Positions 10,205 through 20,396 of a stretch of 64,000 bases of DNA are shown here, in pieces. The stretch spans positions 4,772 through 68,771 of the forward strand of contig JAFGBF010000002.1 of NCBI GenBank assembly GCA_016933255.1. The letters run 5' to 3'. The first letter of the stretch is position 1; every line of letters starts with the position of its first letter. The notes beneath the pieces were generated by a model. That model ran no database searches, was not told where the DNA came from, and saw only the letters and a list, made by a program, of their open reading frames with translations. Source of the stretch: Candidatus Krumholzibacteriota bacterium. GTDB lineage: Bacteria; Krumholzibacteriota; Krumholzibacteriia; Krumholzibacteriales; Krumholzibacteriaceae. Both the position numbers and the translations under genes were made by a program.

Positions 10205-12709
10205 TTGTTGAATTGGCGGATCCGGCCTTTCATCTGTTTTTATATTTATTTGATCGCTGCCGCTCTGGTCTTTTGTCTTTCGGCCACGGGCGCGGCTTCG
10301 GACAGGTATGATCCCTTCGACTCCAAAGATTCCTTTCCGGATCTCACGCCGGTAATCGGCGGAGAATTCGTCCACAACATCGGCAATCTGCAGATGAACA
10401 TAACCAACTGGGGTTTTGTCGGATCGATGCCGAACAGTTCCCTTCCGATGCGCGACTCCCCTTCAGCTCAGTATCCCGCAGGGTCAGGGATCGAATATCT
10501 CTACGCAGCCGGGATCTGGGTCGGCGCAGTCAATGGCGGGATTCCTTTCGTCTCGACAGGTTATCCCGAGACGGAATTCCGTCCGACAAGCGATCCGAAA
10601 GATACGATCTACAGAACCAGGGAAGGAGATATCCGCGGAGGACACTTTCCCTCCCACGCGGATGACGACAACGACGGGTCGTGGGACGAAGATTTTCTTA
10701 ACGGGCACGATGATGACAGTGACGGCCTGATCGACGAGGATTTCGCGGCAAGAAGCGACCAGATGTTTTCCTGTGAATATTTCGATAATGTCCCGGCTAT
10801 TTCCCTGATCTGGCCCGAGCATGAACCGATGAAGATCAGGGTACGGCAGGAGAGCTATCAGTGGGGGGAAGACCTGATGAATGATTTCGTCGGTGTGAGG
10901 TACACGATCACGAATGTCGGGTTCAACTATCTTACAGGCGTCTATGTGGGAATATACGCAGACCTCGACGCAGGGGGCAGGGACAGGGGGACCTATTACA
11001 TGGATGACCAGGTCGCCTACTGGCAGGGAATACATTGCGCCCAGAAGGGATCCGCTGAATATCCGGTCAATCTGAAGATCGCCTATGTCTATGACGATAA
11101 CGGCGACGACGGATACACTACCGGTTATTTCGGGATCCTGTTCCTCGGGCACACGACTACGGTCAACGACAACAATGCTCCCCCCTATCCCTCCAAGATC
11201 GTAGCCGGCTTCCAGACGTTCAGGGGCCTTCAGCCGTATATTAACGGGGGAGACGCGACAAATGATTTTGAGAGATATGAACTCCTTTCCAGTTCCGGAT
11301 TCGATCCTGACACGGAGGATCCCGGTGACTACAGGATCCTTCTAAGCACGGGGCCGTTCAACTACCTCTCCCCGAGGATGTCTATATATGTCGATATCGC
11401 GTTCGTAGCAGGAAGCAGTTTCGAAGATATGCTGGACAACGCGGCAACCGCCCAGATCCTCTATGACGGATGCTGGTACGATCTCGACGGCGACCCTGAG
11501 ACGGGAGCGATCGGAAGAGAGAGCCCCGTAGTCGGTCCGATAGATGATTACGACCCTGATCCGTGCGACTCAGATGGTGAAAAATTCGATGTCGCCAAAT
11601 ACGACACGATGTGGTCCAACCTCGATTGTTATTATGAGAAATGGGCCATGAACTACAGCGGCTGTTACAGGCCGTACGGAGTCGAGCCGGAATACTACAT
11701 GACAGGTATCGGCGGAAGGGAATATCAGCTTCACTGGATAACAGGAGCAGCTCCGATTTCTCCCAATATGAGAGTCGTACCCGGTGATCATAAAGTATCG
11801 GTATACTGGGATGACTTAAGCGAGGTTTCCGTCGACGTGATGACCCTTGAACACGATTTCGAGGGTTATCAGGTATGGAGAGCTGATGAGTGGCACAGGC
11901 CCCTTGGTACCAGCGAGGAAAACGGGCCGAGCCATGATCTGTGGTCGCTTCTCGACACCCGGGATCTCATAAACGGGATAACTCCCGACAAAGGTTTCAT
12001 GGGGCCGCCGGAATCAGGCGGACTGGAATATGAACCTCTCCTGCATATTCCCGATCTTGACGATTACATCAGCAGCTTTGAAATGAGTCTTACTGAATAC
12101 CCCGATGATTCTATTCCCTGCCCTCCCGAACTGACATCAGCGGAATGCGATACGCTGGAAAGGCTCGTGCTGTACAAGCTGGGCCGTGAGGGCGGAAAAC
12201 GGTATTACAAATACACTGACTACTCGGCAAAGAACGGCATGCATTATTTCTATTCTGTCACGGCGTACGATCACGAGATCAAAAACGGCCTCCCCGTGGC
12301 ACACGGAAGGTATAATTCCCCCTCGGTTAACTTTGAATATGCCGTCCCGTATTCTTCTTCACAGACAAGCGATGAATACGATGAAGAAAAGATCTACGCG
12401 GTGCCAAACCCTGTGACAGCAGAAAGTATGGCTCCATGGACACTGGGCCCCGTCAACGACGACGCTTCGGGGCTGAAGGTCGAGATCCGAAACCTGCCGG
12501 CCTGCCTATCCACTCTCCGAATATTCACTCTATCCGGAGACCTGGTATATATAATTGACCATGACGGCAGATCTGGAAACGGGACAGTCGCGTGGAACCT
12601 TGTCTCCAGAAACGGACAGGACGTGACAAGCGGGGTTTATCTTTTTTCAGTCAAACCGCATGATCGGAAGTTTTCTCAAAAAGTCGGGAAATTCGTTGTT
12701 ATTCGTTAG
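10205..12709 (+). CDS. Large exported acidic protein with DxDxDG motifs and T9SS-like C-terminal domain
   Basis: Signal peptide; DDDNDG..DED..DDDSDGLIDED; FN3-like segment; C-terminal 'VPNP...IFTLSGDLV...W...SGVY...KFVVIR'. Confidence 0.82.
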   Translation: MLNWRIRPFICFYIYLIAAALVFCLSATGAASDRYDPFDSKDSFPDLTPVIGGEFVHNIGNLQMNITNWGFVGSMPNSSLPMRDSPSAQYPAGSGIEYLYAAGIWVGAVNGGIPFVSTGYPETEFRPTSDPKDTIYRTREGDIRGGHFPSHADDDNDGSWDEDFLNGHDDDSDGLIDEDFAARSDQMFSCEYFDNVPAISLIWPEHEPMKIRVRQESYQWGEDLMNDFVGVRYTITNVGFNYLTGVYVGIYADLDAGGRDRGTYYMDDQVAYWQGIHCAQKGSAEYPVNLKIAYVYDDNGDDGYTTGYFGILFLGHTTTVNDNNAPPYPSKIVAGFQTFRGLQPYINGGDATNDFERYELLSSSGFDPDTEDPGDYRILLSTGPFNYLSPRMSIYVDIAFVAGSSFEDMLDNAATAQILYDGCWYDLDGDPETGAIGRESPVVGPIDDYDPDPCDSDGEKFDVAKYDTMWSNLDCYYEKWAMNYSGCYRPYGVEPEYYMTGIGGREYQLHWITGAAPISPNMRVVPGDHKVSVYWDDLSEVSVDVMTLEHDFEGYQVWRADEWHRPLGTSEENGPSHDLWSLLDTRDLINGITPDKGFMGPPESGGLEYEPLLHIPDLDDYISSFEMSLTEYPDDSIPCPPELTSAECDTLERLVLYKLGREGGKRYYKYTDYSAKNGMHYFYSVTAYDHEIKNGLPVAHGRYNSPSVNFEYAVPYSSSQTSDEYDEEKIYAVPNPVTAESMAPWTLGPVNDDASGLKVEIRNLPACLSTLRIFTLSGDLVYIIDHDGRSGNGTVAWNLVSRNGQDVTSGVYLFSVKPHDRKFSQKVGKFVVIR

Positions 12710-12711
12710 GC

Positions 12712-14964
12712 ATGAAAAATAAAATGAGAAGACCGCAAAAACATAGAAGATTATTTATTGCCCTGATTCCTCTCCTTGCATGTACTGTTGCCGCCGCCGC
12801 GATAACAGGCTGCACGGAAAACACTGTCTATACCGGTAATATCGCCGAAAACCTGGCTCCCAACATCGAATTGACCAACGGCCCCATCGAAGGGGATTCG
12901 ATAGAATATCATGTTCATTTTTTCTGGTACGGCGATGACCCTGACGGAGAGATCGATCATTACGAGATAATATTGGTGGATGGCGACCCTGTCGGGTTTA
13001 ACCCTGCCGATACGGCTGGAAGCGAGAAATGGACATCCACGATATCAACCGACAGCCTCTTCACGACGACAGCAGACATATTTGATAACACGGTGACTAT
13101 CAATGAGGCTATTTATGCTGTTTTCGCCACGTATCACACACTTTTTATCAGAGCTATCGATGACCGCGGCGCCTCTTCTGAAGTCATATTAAGGTCGTTC
13201 AACGCCTGGACGCTCGCGCCCCATATAAATATTGATACCCCGCTGAACCCTCAGCCCGGATCGATGAACTATCTGAGCCCGCTGATAAAATTCACATGGT
13301 CCGGTAAAGATCCGATTGACAGCCCCTGGAATTATCAGGCGATCGATTCGGCGAGATACATGTGGATATCCTATTATCCCGGCATTGTAGACGATATAAA
13401 TCAGTTTCCTGAAAATTTCGAGGATGATTGGAAAAAGTGGTATTCCATAGATTGCGAGGGCGATTCAGGTATCTCCACTATCCTTGGAGATGACGAGATA
13501 ATTCCCGCAGGCCACCCGTATATAATCGCGGTCCAGGCCAAAGATGATGCCGGAGCAGTGTCGGCCGTATTCAACCTGGAGACCAATGTCAGGGCATTTA
13601 CAGTAAGGGTCCCTACTGGACCGTTTCTTACAGTGAACGAGACATACCTTGGAAGATTTAAATTTCTCGGCATCGATCTTGTGTCGGTCACAACAAAAGT
13701 CCCCCCCGGTTTCCAGATGAATTTTTCCTGGACGGCCGATGCCAGCGCGTACGGAGGCGTCGTTTCATCGTACAGGTATGGATGGGATATAGAAGACCTG
13801 AATGATCCGGCGGACTGGGCCGTATTCCCAAGTCCATATGTCAAGGCTGCTTTGCCGAAGACCTACTATTCCGGAATCCATACCCTCTATATCGAAACCG
13901 CGGACAATATGGGGATCAAGACCCTTGCCGTGATCGAAGTGACGATCATCCCGTCGAGTTTCGAGAAGGACCTTTTGTGGATAGACGATTTTCCATCCTC
14001 GGATTTTCAGCAGGTCTTCTACGCCTTTCCCACAGAATCGGAGCACGACGAGTTCTGGATGGATATATGCCTGCGCTCGGCTGCTTTTAACCCGTCAAGA
14101 GATGTATGGGACGTCTCGGAACATGAATTCCGCATCCCCCCGATGGATGTGGTATTCGACTACAAGAATATTATCTGGTCTTACAGTTCAACAAACGATC
14201 CGGTCGCCGGAAGCTCATGGACAAGGCTCGTCAAGTTTACGCCCGAAGAGATCTTTCCTCTCGAGGAGCGCATACTCAACTACATCCCGTTTTATCTCGC
14301 AGCCGGCGGTCATATCTGGTCGGAGGGTATGTCGGCAAGAACTGGAGGTATGGCCTCGTCCCTGTCGACATACCTTCAGATCTTCCCCAATTACCTGAAG
14401 TGTCACTCCGGGTATTACGCATACGGATGCGTCGATACTCTCGGGGTCCGATCGATGCCGTACAAAGATTATTGTGTCAGCGTCATCGACAAGGTCGAAG
14501 GAATATTCAGACTCGACCTTCCGTACTACAGGGATAAGTCACTCGACGGCTTGAGATCCAATAAACTGGAGACGAAGGATTATTTCTCTACCAGCATCGT
14601 GGGATTCCCTAAAAAACTCGAACTCTGGGAGGTCGTTACAAGGCCGGGGATGTTCTTTGACCCGGACATAAGGGGCTTTCACTATGCCGAGATCTATAAT
14701 CCTCTCTACGCCCTGATGATATTTGGGACACGCAGCCAGAGTTGTTTTCATCCGATATACAGGATGCAGGCGATAAGCGCGAGATCGGTGATCCATGACC
14801 AGCCCGTCGCCTTCTGGACGACAAAGCATATTGATGCAAGAGCATTGACTCCCGGTGCCGTATCGGCTCCCAGCGTTCATTTTGGATTGCCACTCTGGTT
14901 CTTCAGCCGGGCACAAGTCGATTCCATAGCCGATGCCATCTTCACCGTCTGGGATATCAAATGA
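12712..14964 (+). CDS. Large putative lipoprotein of unknown function (Ig/FN3-like modules)
   Basis: Basic N-terminus, hydrophobic stretch, lipobox ITG-C; 'WYGDDPDGEI', 'AIDDRGA'; starts 2 nt after the previous stop. Confidence 0.8.
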   Translation: MKNKMRRPQKHRRLFIALIPLLACTVAAAAITGCTENTVYTGNIAENLAPNIELTNGPIEGDSIEYHVHFFWYGDDPDGEIDHYEIILVDGDPVGFNPADTAGSEKWTSTISTDSLFTTTADIFDNTVTINEAIYAVFATYHTLFIRAIDDRGASSEVILRSFNAWTLAPHINIDTPLNPQPGSMNYLSPLIKFTWSGKDPIDSPWNYQAIDSARYMWISYYPGIVDDINQFPENFEDDWKKWYSIDCEGDSGISTILGDDEIIPAGHPYIIAVQAKDDAGAVSAVFNLETNVRAFTVRVPTGPFLTVNETYLGRFKFLGIDLVSVTTKVPPGFQMNFSWTADASAYGGVVSSYRYGWDIEDLNDPADWAVFPSPYVKAALPKTYYSGIHTLYIETADNMGIKTLAVIEVTIIPSSFEKDLLWIDDFPSSDFQQVFYAFPTESEHDEFWMDICLRSAAFNPSRDVWDVSEHEFRIPPMDVVFDYKNIIWSYSSTNDPVAGSSWTRLVKFTPEEIFPLEERILNYIPFYLAAGGHIWSEGMSARTGGMASSLSTYLQIFPNYLKCHSGYYAYGCVDTLGVRSMPYKDYCVSVIDKVEGIFRLDLPYYRDKSLDGLRSNKLETKDYFSTSIVGFPKKLELWEVVTRPGMFFDPDIRGFHYAEIYNPLYALMIFGTRSQSCFHPIYRMQAISARSVIHDQPVAFWTTKHIDARALTPGAVSAPSVHFGLPLWFFSRAQVDSIADAIFTVWDIK

Positions 14965-14970
14965 AATGGC

Positions 14971-14999
14971 TTGACAGCCGTTCAAACCGCTGATACGAT
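14971..14999 (+). promoter_or_regulatory. Sigma70-type promoter of the btu unit
   Basis: TTGACA-N17-TACGAT directly upstream of the riboswitch. Confidence 0.75.
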
Positions 15000-15015
15000 A
15001 CGGATCGCAATCATA

Positions 15016-15160
15016 GTTTCAGGCGCTCTATATGATCAAAAGGGGAAGAGGGTGTGATTCCCTCACGGACCCGCCACTGTGATTGGCCTGTCCCGTGCCG
15101 CTGCTCTTGAAGCGGGCGTTAATACGCGATAGGCCATAAGTCAGGATACCTGCCTGAGAC
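15016..15160 (+). ncRNA. Cobalamin riboswitch
   Basis: P1 GTTTCAGG/CCTGAGAC; AAAAGGGGAA-GAGGGTGTGATTCCCTC-ACGGACCCGCCACTGT core; B12 box AAGTCAGGATACCTGCC; upstream of a TonB-dependent receptor. Confidence 0.93.
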
Positions 15161-15340
15161 ACACTTTGTCCCTGGACCTCTTCGAGGAATGAGAGGATAG
15201 GGAGAGGCTGACACCCCCTCCACCTTTTTTTCCAAAAAGGACCGGAGGGTTTTCTGTATCCCCCGGCCAAGAACTGGATCCTCTTTTGTTCTTCGATGAG
15301 ATTCTGCTTTGCGTTTCGGCTTCGGGCCGGTTGGAGCAGT

Positions 15341-17479
15341 ATGAAGGTGACTCGGAACAGACACCTCTTTTTGGCGGGGATCATCACGCTTTGCGCGATA
15401 CTTCTGTTTCCGCAAGCATGCAAAGGAAAAGGGGACAAAAACCGGCCGGACGGCGGCGCTAAAAAGAACGGGGCCCGGCTCAAAGAAGCCCCCCCAAAGA
15501 GCAGCTCGATTCCGGACACCCTCTTTTTTGCCCCCGAGATCATAGTCGAAGGCTTCTATATATCCCCTGAGAAAGAAATATTCAACCGAAGCGGCTTTGT
15601 CGGCTTGATAGAACTGAATAATAAAACGACCGCGATCGAGGATGCCGCCGATATCCTTTCCAGGACTGTCGGAGTCAAGGTCAACCAATACGGCGGCCTG
15701 GGTTCTTTCGCTACCATGTCGATACGGGGATCATCTTCGACGCAGGTGCAGGTCTATATAGACGGAGTCCCGCTGAATGACGCATATTCGGGGTTCACCG
15801 ACCTGTCTGACCTTTCCCTTGATGATATCGGAAAGATAGAAGTCTACCGGGGATTCAGCCCGACAGGGTTCGGAGCATCCTCTGTGGGCGGCACGGTAAA
15901 CCTTGTTCCAGGCTCCAGCCTGGCCGATGGAAAAGGAAAGGCCCCCGCTGCCCTGACAGCGTCGGCATCATCGGGTTCGTTCGGCACGAGGAAGTATTCC
16001 ACGGCATTCGATCTCAACAACTCCATTTTCAGTATGCACGCGCATGGCGGATATATGGAGAGCAGGGGAGATTTTTCATTCCTCGATGACAACGCGACGC
16101 CTGAGAACCTTCTCGATGACGAGATCGCCGCGCGTGAAAACAACGATTTTACGAAATGGAACATAGCCGGAAAACTTGATCTTGAAATGCCCGGGTTCAG
16201 GGCCTTATCGCTGAACCACAGCAGCGTGATCCGCGAGGGCGGCGTTCCCGGGATCGGGGCTGACCAGTCTTCCAGGGCGCGCCTGGAGCGCGATCGCCGA
16301 ATCTCATGGCTGAAGATCAAACCGGAGACCTGTTTTACGGGTTCGCTGCAGACAGACGCGACAGTCTTCTATTCCTCGACAGCCGAATCGTTCTTCGACC
16401 CGGGAGGAGAAATCGACCTCACCGTTCAAAAAACCGACAACAGGATCATATCTTTCGGAAGCAATCTGAAAACAGGATACGCCCCGGATTTTATGCCGCT
16501 GTCGATAGAGGCTTTTCTTGAGGGGAAAAAAGAAAGATTCCACCCCGTAGAATATCTGCCGATATACCAGAGCGGCCCCGACAGAAAGAGAGAGACACTG
16601 ACCTTTGCATCATCAGGCGACCTTTCTTTTTTCGATGAAAGGGTCATTGTCACGTACGGCCACCGGTGGGAATGGTATACAAGTGAATTCTATGATGAGC
16701 CTTTTTTCCCGTGGCTTCCGCCGACTCCTCTGGGGAAGATCTCGGGAAGGAAAGATTCGCCGGGAGCCGGCATGAGACTTCGGCCGTTTCAGTACCTTAC
16801 GATCAAAGGGAATATCGGCCGCTACTACAGGGTCCCGACATTCTTCGAGATGTTCGGCAATCTGGGCAGCGTCACGGGAGATTCCGGACTCAAACCGGAG
16901 AGCGGCCTCAACCGGGATATCGGGATCATCCTTTCGGCAGACAGATTCTGGGGGATCGGAAATCCCTTCCTCGAAGCCATATACCTCTACAACGAGATCG
17001 ACGACCTTATACTCTTCTTTCCCAATTCGCAATCGACCGTTAAGCCTGAAAACATCGGATCGGCGAGGATCAGGGGGATCGAACTTTCCACCGCCGGGAC
17101 TATTCCGGGATCGCTGAGGCTGTCGGGAAATTACTGCTGGCTGGAAAGCACCGACACGGGGCCGATACCGTATTATAACGGGAACAGCCTGCCGGCAAGA
17201 CCGGAGCATGAGACTTCCGCCGCGATAGAATACCTGGGGAAGATGTGGAGCGCCTCCTGGGAACTCCACTACACAGGGACGAATTTTCTCGACAGGGCGA
17301 ACGGTAAAATGGTGGACGGCCGGACGATCCATAATCTGAACCTCACTCTCAAGTCTGTCATTGAAGATATGACTTTAACTATAGAAGGACTGAATATCGG
17401 TGACGAGCGGGCCAGCGACGTGGCTGGGTTCCCTCTTCCCGGCAGGAGTTTTTACGTATCGGTCAGGTACCGGCTTTAG
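15341..17479 (+). CDS. btuB: TonB-dependent receptor, BtuB-like
   Basis: Plug motifs SIRGS..QVQVYIDGVP and IEVYRG..GGTVN; barrel with 'RVPTFFE', 'LKPE', 'PGRSFY'; follows a B12 riboswitch; ATG 15341 has GGAG RBS. Confidence 0.88.
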   Translation: MKVTRNRHLFLAGIITLCAILLFPQACKGKGDKNRPDGGAKKNGARLKEAPPKSSSIPDTLFFAPEIIVEGFYISPEKEIFNRSGFVGLIELNNKTTAIEDAADILSRTVGVKVNQYGGLGSFATMSIRGSSSTQVQVYIDGVPLNDAYSGFTDLSDLSLDDIGKIEVYRGFSPTGFGASSVGGTVNLVPGSSLADGKGKAPAALTASASSGSFGTRKYSTAFDLNNSIFSMHAHGGYMESRGDFSFLDDNATPENLLDDEIAARENNDFTKWNIAGKLDLEMPGFRALSLNHSSVIREGGVPGIGADQSSRARLERDRRISWLKIKPETCFTGSLQTDATVFYSSTAESFFDPGGEIDLTVQKTDNRIISFGSNLKTGYAPDFMPLSIEAFLEGKKERFHPVEYLPIYQSGPDRKRETLTFASSGDLSFFDERVIVTYGHRWEWYTSEFYDEPFFPWLPPTPLGKISGRKDSPGAGMRLRPFQYLTIKGNIGRYYRVPTFFEMFGNLGSVTGDSGLKPESGLNRDIGIILSADRFWGIGNPFLEAIYLYNEIDDLILFFPNSQSTVKPENIGSARIRGIELSTAGTIPGSLRLSGNYCWLESTDTGPIPYYNGNSLPARPEHETSAAIEYLGKMWSASWELHYTGTNFLDRANGKMVDGRTIHNLNLTLKSVIEDMTLTIEGLNIGDERASDVAGFPLPGRSFYVSVRYRL

Positions 17480-17490
17480 GGAGGCTTAGT

Positions 17491-18903
17491 ATGGTCCGAG
17501 ATCTGAAATCATTGGCGATCCTCACTCTTTCACTCTGCTGCACGGCAGCATTCGGCGTCGCCTCGCCCTCAGCGGCTGAATATGCGTTCATAACGACTTC
17601 AGACTACGAGACGGGATCGGCGGCCGAGATCCTGCTCGATAGTTCATATACCACTCACACGGATGTCGCAGATATCCACAGCGACGCAGTGGCCAGATGG
17701 TATAACGGGTTGATCTATGTCGTAAACAGAGGGGGCGACAATATTCAGGTCCTTGACCCTGAAGACGGATTTTCCACGCTGAGGCAGTATTCGACGGGAA
17801 ACGGGACAAATCCGCAGGACATAGCCTTTCGCTCGGAGACAAAGGCGTATATCTCGAGCTTCGACACTAACGAACTGCTCATAATGAACACCGTCACAGG
17901 GGAAATAACAGGCAGTATCGATCTTTCTTCATTCGCCGACAGTGATGGACTCTGCGAGATGGCATATATCTTTATCAAGCATGACATCCTGTTTGCCGCC
18001 ATTCAGAGGATCGACCGCAACAACTACTGGGGGCCGGTCGGCGACAGCTATATCGCGGTCGTTGACTGCGCCGCCGACACGCTGATAGATTGCGACCCGG
18101 TTACTCCCGGCCTGCAGTCGATAGCGCTTACCGGCACGAATCCATTCTCCGAGATCCGGTTCGATCCTGTTTCGCAAAAGCTGCATCTTTCCTGCGTCGG
18201 ATGGTGGGGGATGCAGGACGGCGGCATAGAGATCGTAAATCCATATACCTTTCAGTCTGAAGGGTACCTTTTGACCGAAGCTGCGGCGGGAGGAGATATC
18301 AACGACTTCGATATCCTGGGCGCCGAAAAAGGGTACGCGATCGTCACGAACTCGATTTTCCATACCGAGCTGATAAGTTTCGACCCGGCGGCCGGGATCA
18401 AGATAGCGACCCTCTATTCGCCTGGCGCCTATGTGATAAATGATATCGAGCTCTCGCCATACGGCGAGCTTTTCCTCGCCGATCAGACTCCGACAGATCC
18501 CGGGATCCGTATCTTCGACACCGGGACGGACTCCGAGATCACGTCATCTCCCCTATACACCGGGCTGCCTCCCTTCGACATCTGTTTCAGCATCCCATCG
18601 TACGCAGGCGCAGGCGAGACCCCGCCCGCGACATTCATCGGGCAGAACTATCCGAATCCCTTCAATCCGGCGACGACGATCCCTTTCTCTATCAGCAGGT
18701 CACAGGCGGTTAATATCGCGATCTATGACCCATCCGGCAGAAAGATCCGGGAACTCACATCGCGCTTCTATGAAGCGGGAACTCATAAAGTCGAGTGGGA
18801 CGGGAAAAACGATGGTGGCTGTCCCGCATCCAGCGGAATATATTTTGCGAGATTTTCAAGCGGCGGGTTCTCTGATTCGAAGAAGCTGATCCTTCTGAAG
18901 TAG
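17491..18903 (+). CDS. YncE/BtuG-like beta-propeller with FlgD-Ig/T9SS type A C-terminal domain
   Basis: 'IYVVNR..DNIQVLD', 'NPQDIAF...KAYIS'; C-terminal 'QNYPNPFNPATTI...WDG...SGIYF...KKLILLK'. Confidence 0.82.
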   Translation: MVRDLKSLAILTLSLCCTAAFGVASPSAAEYAFITTSDYETGSAAEILLDSSYTTHTDVADIHSDAVARWYNGLIYVVNRGGDNIQVLDPEDGFSTLRQYSTGNGTNPQDIAFRSETKAYISSFDTNELLIMNTVTGEITGSIDLSSFADSDGLCEMAYIFIKHDILFAAIQRIDRNNYWGPVGDSYIAVVDCAADTLIDCDPVTPGLQSIALTGTNPFSEIRFDPVSQKLHLSCVGWWGMQDGGIEIVNPYTFQSEGYLLTEAAAGGDINDFDILGAEKGYAIVTNSIFHTELISFDPAAGIKIATLYSPGAYVINDIELSPYGELFLADQTPTDPGIRIFDTGTDSEITSSPLYTGLPPFDICFSIPSYAGAGETPPATFIGQNYPNPFNPATTIPFSISRSQAVNIAIYDPSGRKIRELTSRFYEAGTHKVEWDGKNDGGCPASSGIYFARFSSGGFSDSKKLILLK

Positions 18904-18920
18904 GATTTCCAGAGAACAGG

Positions 18921-19598
18921 TCATCCTCTGTTTTCGTTGTAGTCTTCAGCCTTGTGGCGGATGATCTTTCCCTCGATCATGTAAATGACGTCTTCCGCTA
19001 TATTGGTAGCCTGATCGGCTATACGTTCGAGGTGTCTGGAGATCGAAAGCTGGTGAATGAGGTTCTCGACGTCGGCCGGTCTTTCTTTTATCTCTTTCTG
19101 TATTTCGAGAAAGAAATCGCTGTTCATCCCGTCGACAATCTCATCCGATACGCAGACCTTGTGGGCCAGGATCGAATCTTCATTCACAAGGGCGTCGAGG
19201 CTGTTTTTTAGCATCTCCCTGACTTTGGTCGTCATCTCGGAGAAATCGAACAACGACTTGTCCCTGCTGCTCTGAGCGAGGAACAGCGCCCTCTCGGCGA
19301 TATTGACTGAAAGGTCGCCGACTCTCTCCAGGTCGTTGTTGATCTTCAGTATCGAGATTATAAGTCTCAGGTCCACGGCGACCGGTTGATGGAGAGCGAG
19401 TATCTTGAGACACTCTTCCTCAAGTTCGACTTCCATCCTGTCGATCTCCGGATCACCGTCTATAACTTCTTTCGCAAGTTTTTCGTCCCGCGACTCGAGA
19501 GACTTGACCGCCTTGAAAAGACTTTCCTCCACCGAAGTGCCGACAGTCAAAATCGCCTTTTTCAACTTATCGATTTCCACGCGGATATGCTTGGACAT
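18921..19598 (-). CDS. phoU: Phosphate signalling protein PhoU
   Basis: QPVAVDLR, DLERVGD, LERIADQATNIAE. Confidence 0.96.
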   Translation of the reverse strand: MSKHIRVEIDKLKKAILTVGTSVEESLFKAVKSLESRDEKLAKEVIDGDPEIDRMEVELEEECLKILALHQPVAVDLRLIISILKINNDLERVGDLSVNIAERALFLAQSSRDKSLFDFSEMTTKVREMLKNSLDALVNEDSILAHKVCVSDEIVDGMNSDFFLEIQKEIKERPADVENLIHQLSISRHLERIADQATNIAEDVIYMIEGKIIRHKAEDYNENRG

Positions 19599-19618
19599 CC
19601 TTTCTCTCCTCCTGTTAT

Positions 19619-20389
19619 TTATCCGAATCTTCCGGTAATGTAATCCTCAGTCTGTTTCTCGCCTGGTTTCGTAAAAATCTGGCTCGTCTCACCGAATTCT
19701 ATCAGATCACCCTCGTAAAAAAAAGCCGTCAGGTCAGAGACTCTCGCCGCCTGCTGCATGTTATGCGTTACAATAAGGATCGTGTATTTACCTTTTAATT
19801 CTTCTATCAGATCTTCTATCTTCGACGTGGAACGCGGATCCAGAGCTGAAGCCGGCTCGTCCATGAGAAGGATCTTCGGGTTGACCGCAATGGCCCTGGC
19901 AAGGCACAACCTCTGCTGTTGGCCGCCGGAAAGCCCCATGGCGTTATCACCCAGCCTGTCCTTCACTTCATCCCACAACGCGGCCTGCTGGAGACTTTTC
20001 TCTACCAGGCCGGCAAGTTTCGACCTGTCACGGACTCCGTGGATCCTCGGACCAAAGGCGATATTGTCGAATATACTTTTGGGGAAAGGATTCGGCTTCT
20101 GGAAGACCATTCCGACCTGTTTCCTAAGCATCACGACGTCGAGTCCCTGCGTGTATAGTTCCTGGCCATCCAACCTGAGCGATCCGCCCGCCCTGCAGCT
20201 CGGAATAAGATCGTTCATCCTGTTTACCGCCCTGAGAAAGGTGCTCTTGCCGCATCCGCTCGGACCGATGATGGCGGTAACAAGGCCTTCCGGTATTTCG
20301 ATGTCCACTTTCCTGACTGCTTCATTGTCTCCGTAAAAAACAGAGAAGCTTTCGGCTTTCAACAGGTCTTTCTTGCCCGGAAAATCCAT
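19619..20389 (-). CDS. pstB: Phosphate ABC transporter ATPase
   Basis: [33 protein letters not shown]. Confidence 0.97.
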   Translation of the reverse strand: MDFPGKKDLLKAESFSVFYGDNEAVRKVDIEIPEGLVTAIIGPSGCGKSTFLRAVNRMNDLIPSCRAGGSLRLDGQELYTQGLDVVMLRKQVGMVFQKPNPFPKSIFDNIAFGPRIHGVRDRSKLAGLVEKSLQQAALWDEVKDRLGDNAMGLSGGQQQRLCLARAIAVNPKILLMDEPASALDPRSTSKIEDLIEELKGKYTILIVTHNMQQAARVSDLTAFFYEGDLIEFGETSQIFTKPGEKQTEDYITGRFG

Positions 20390-20396
20390 TATCAGG

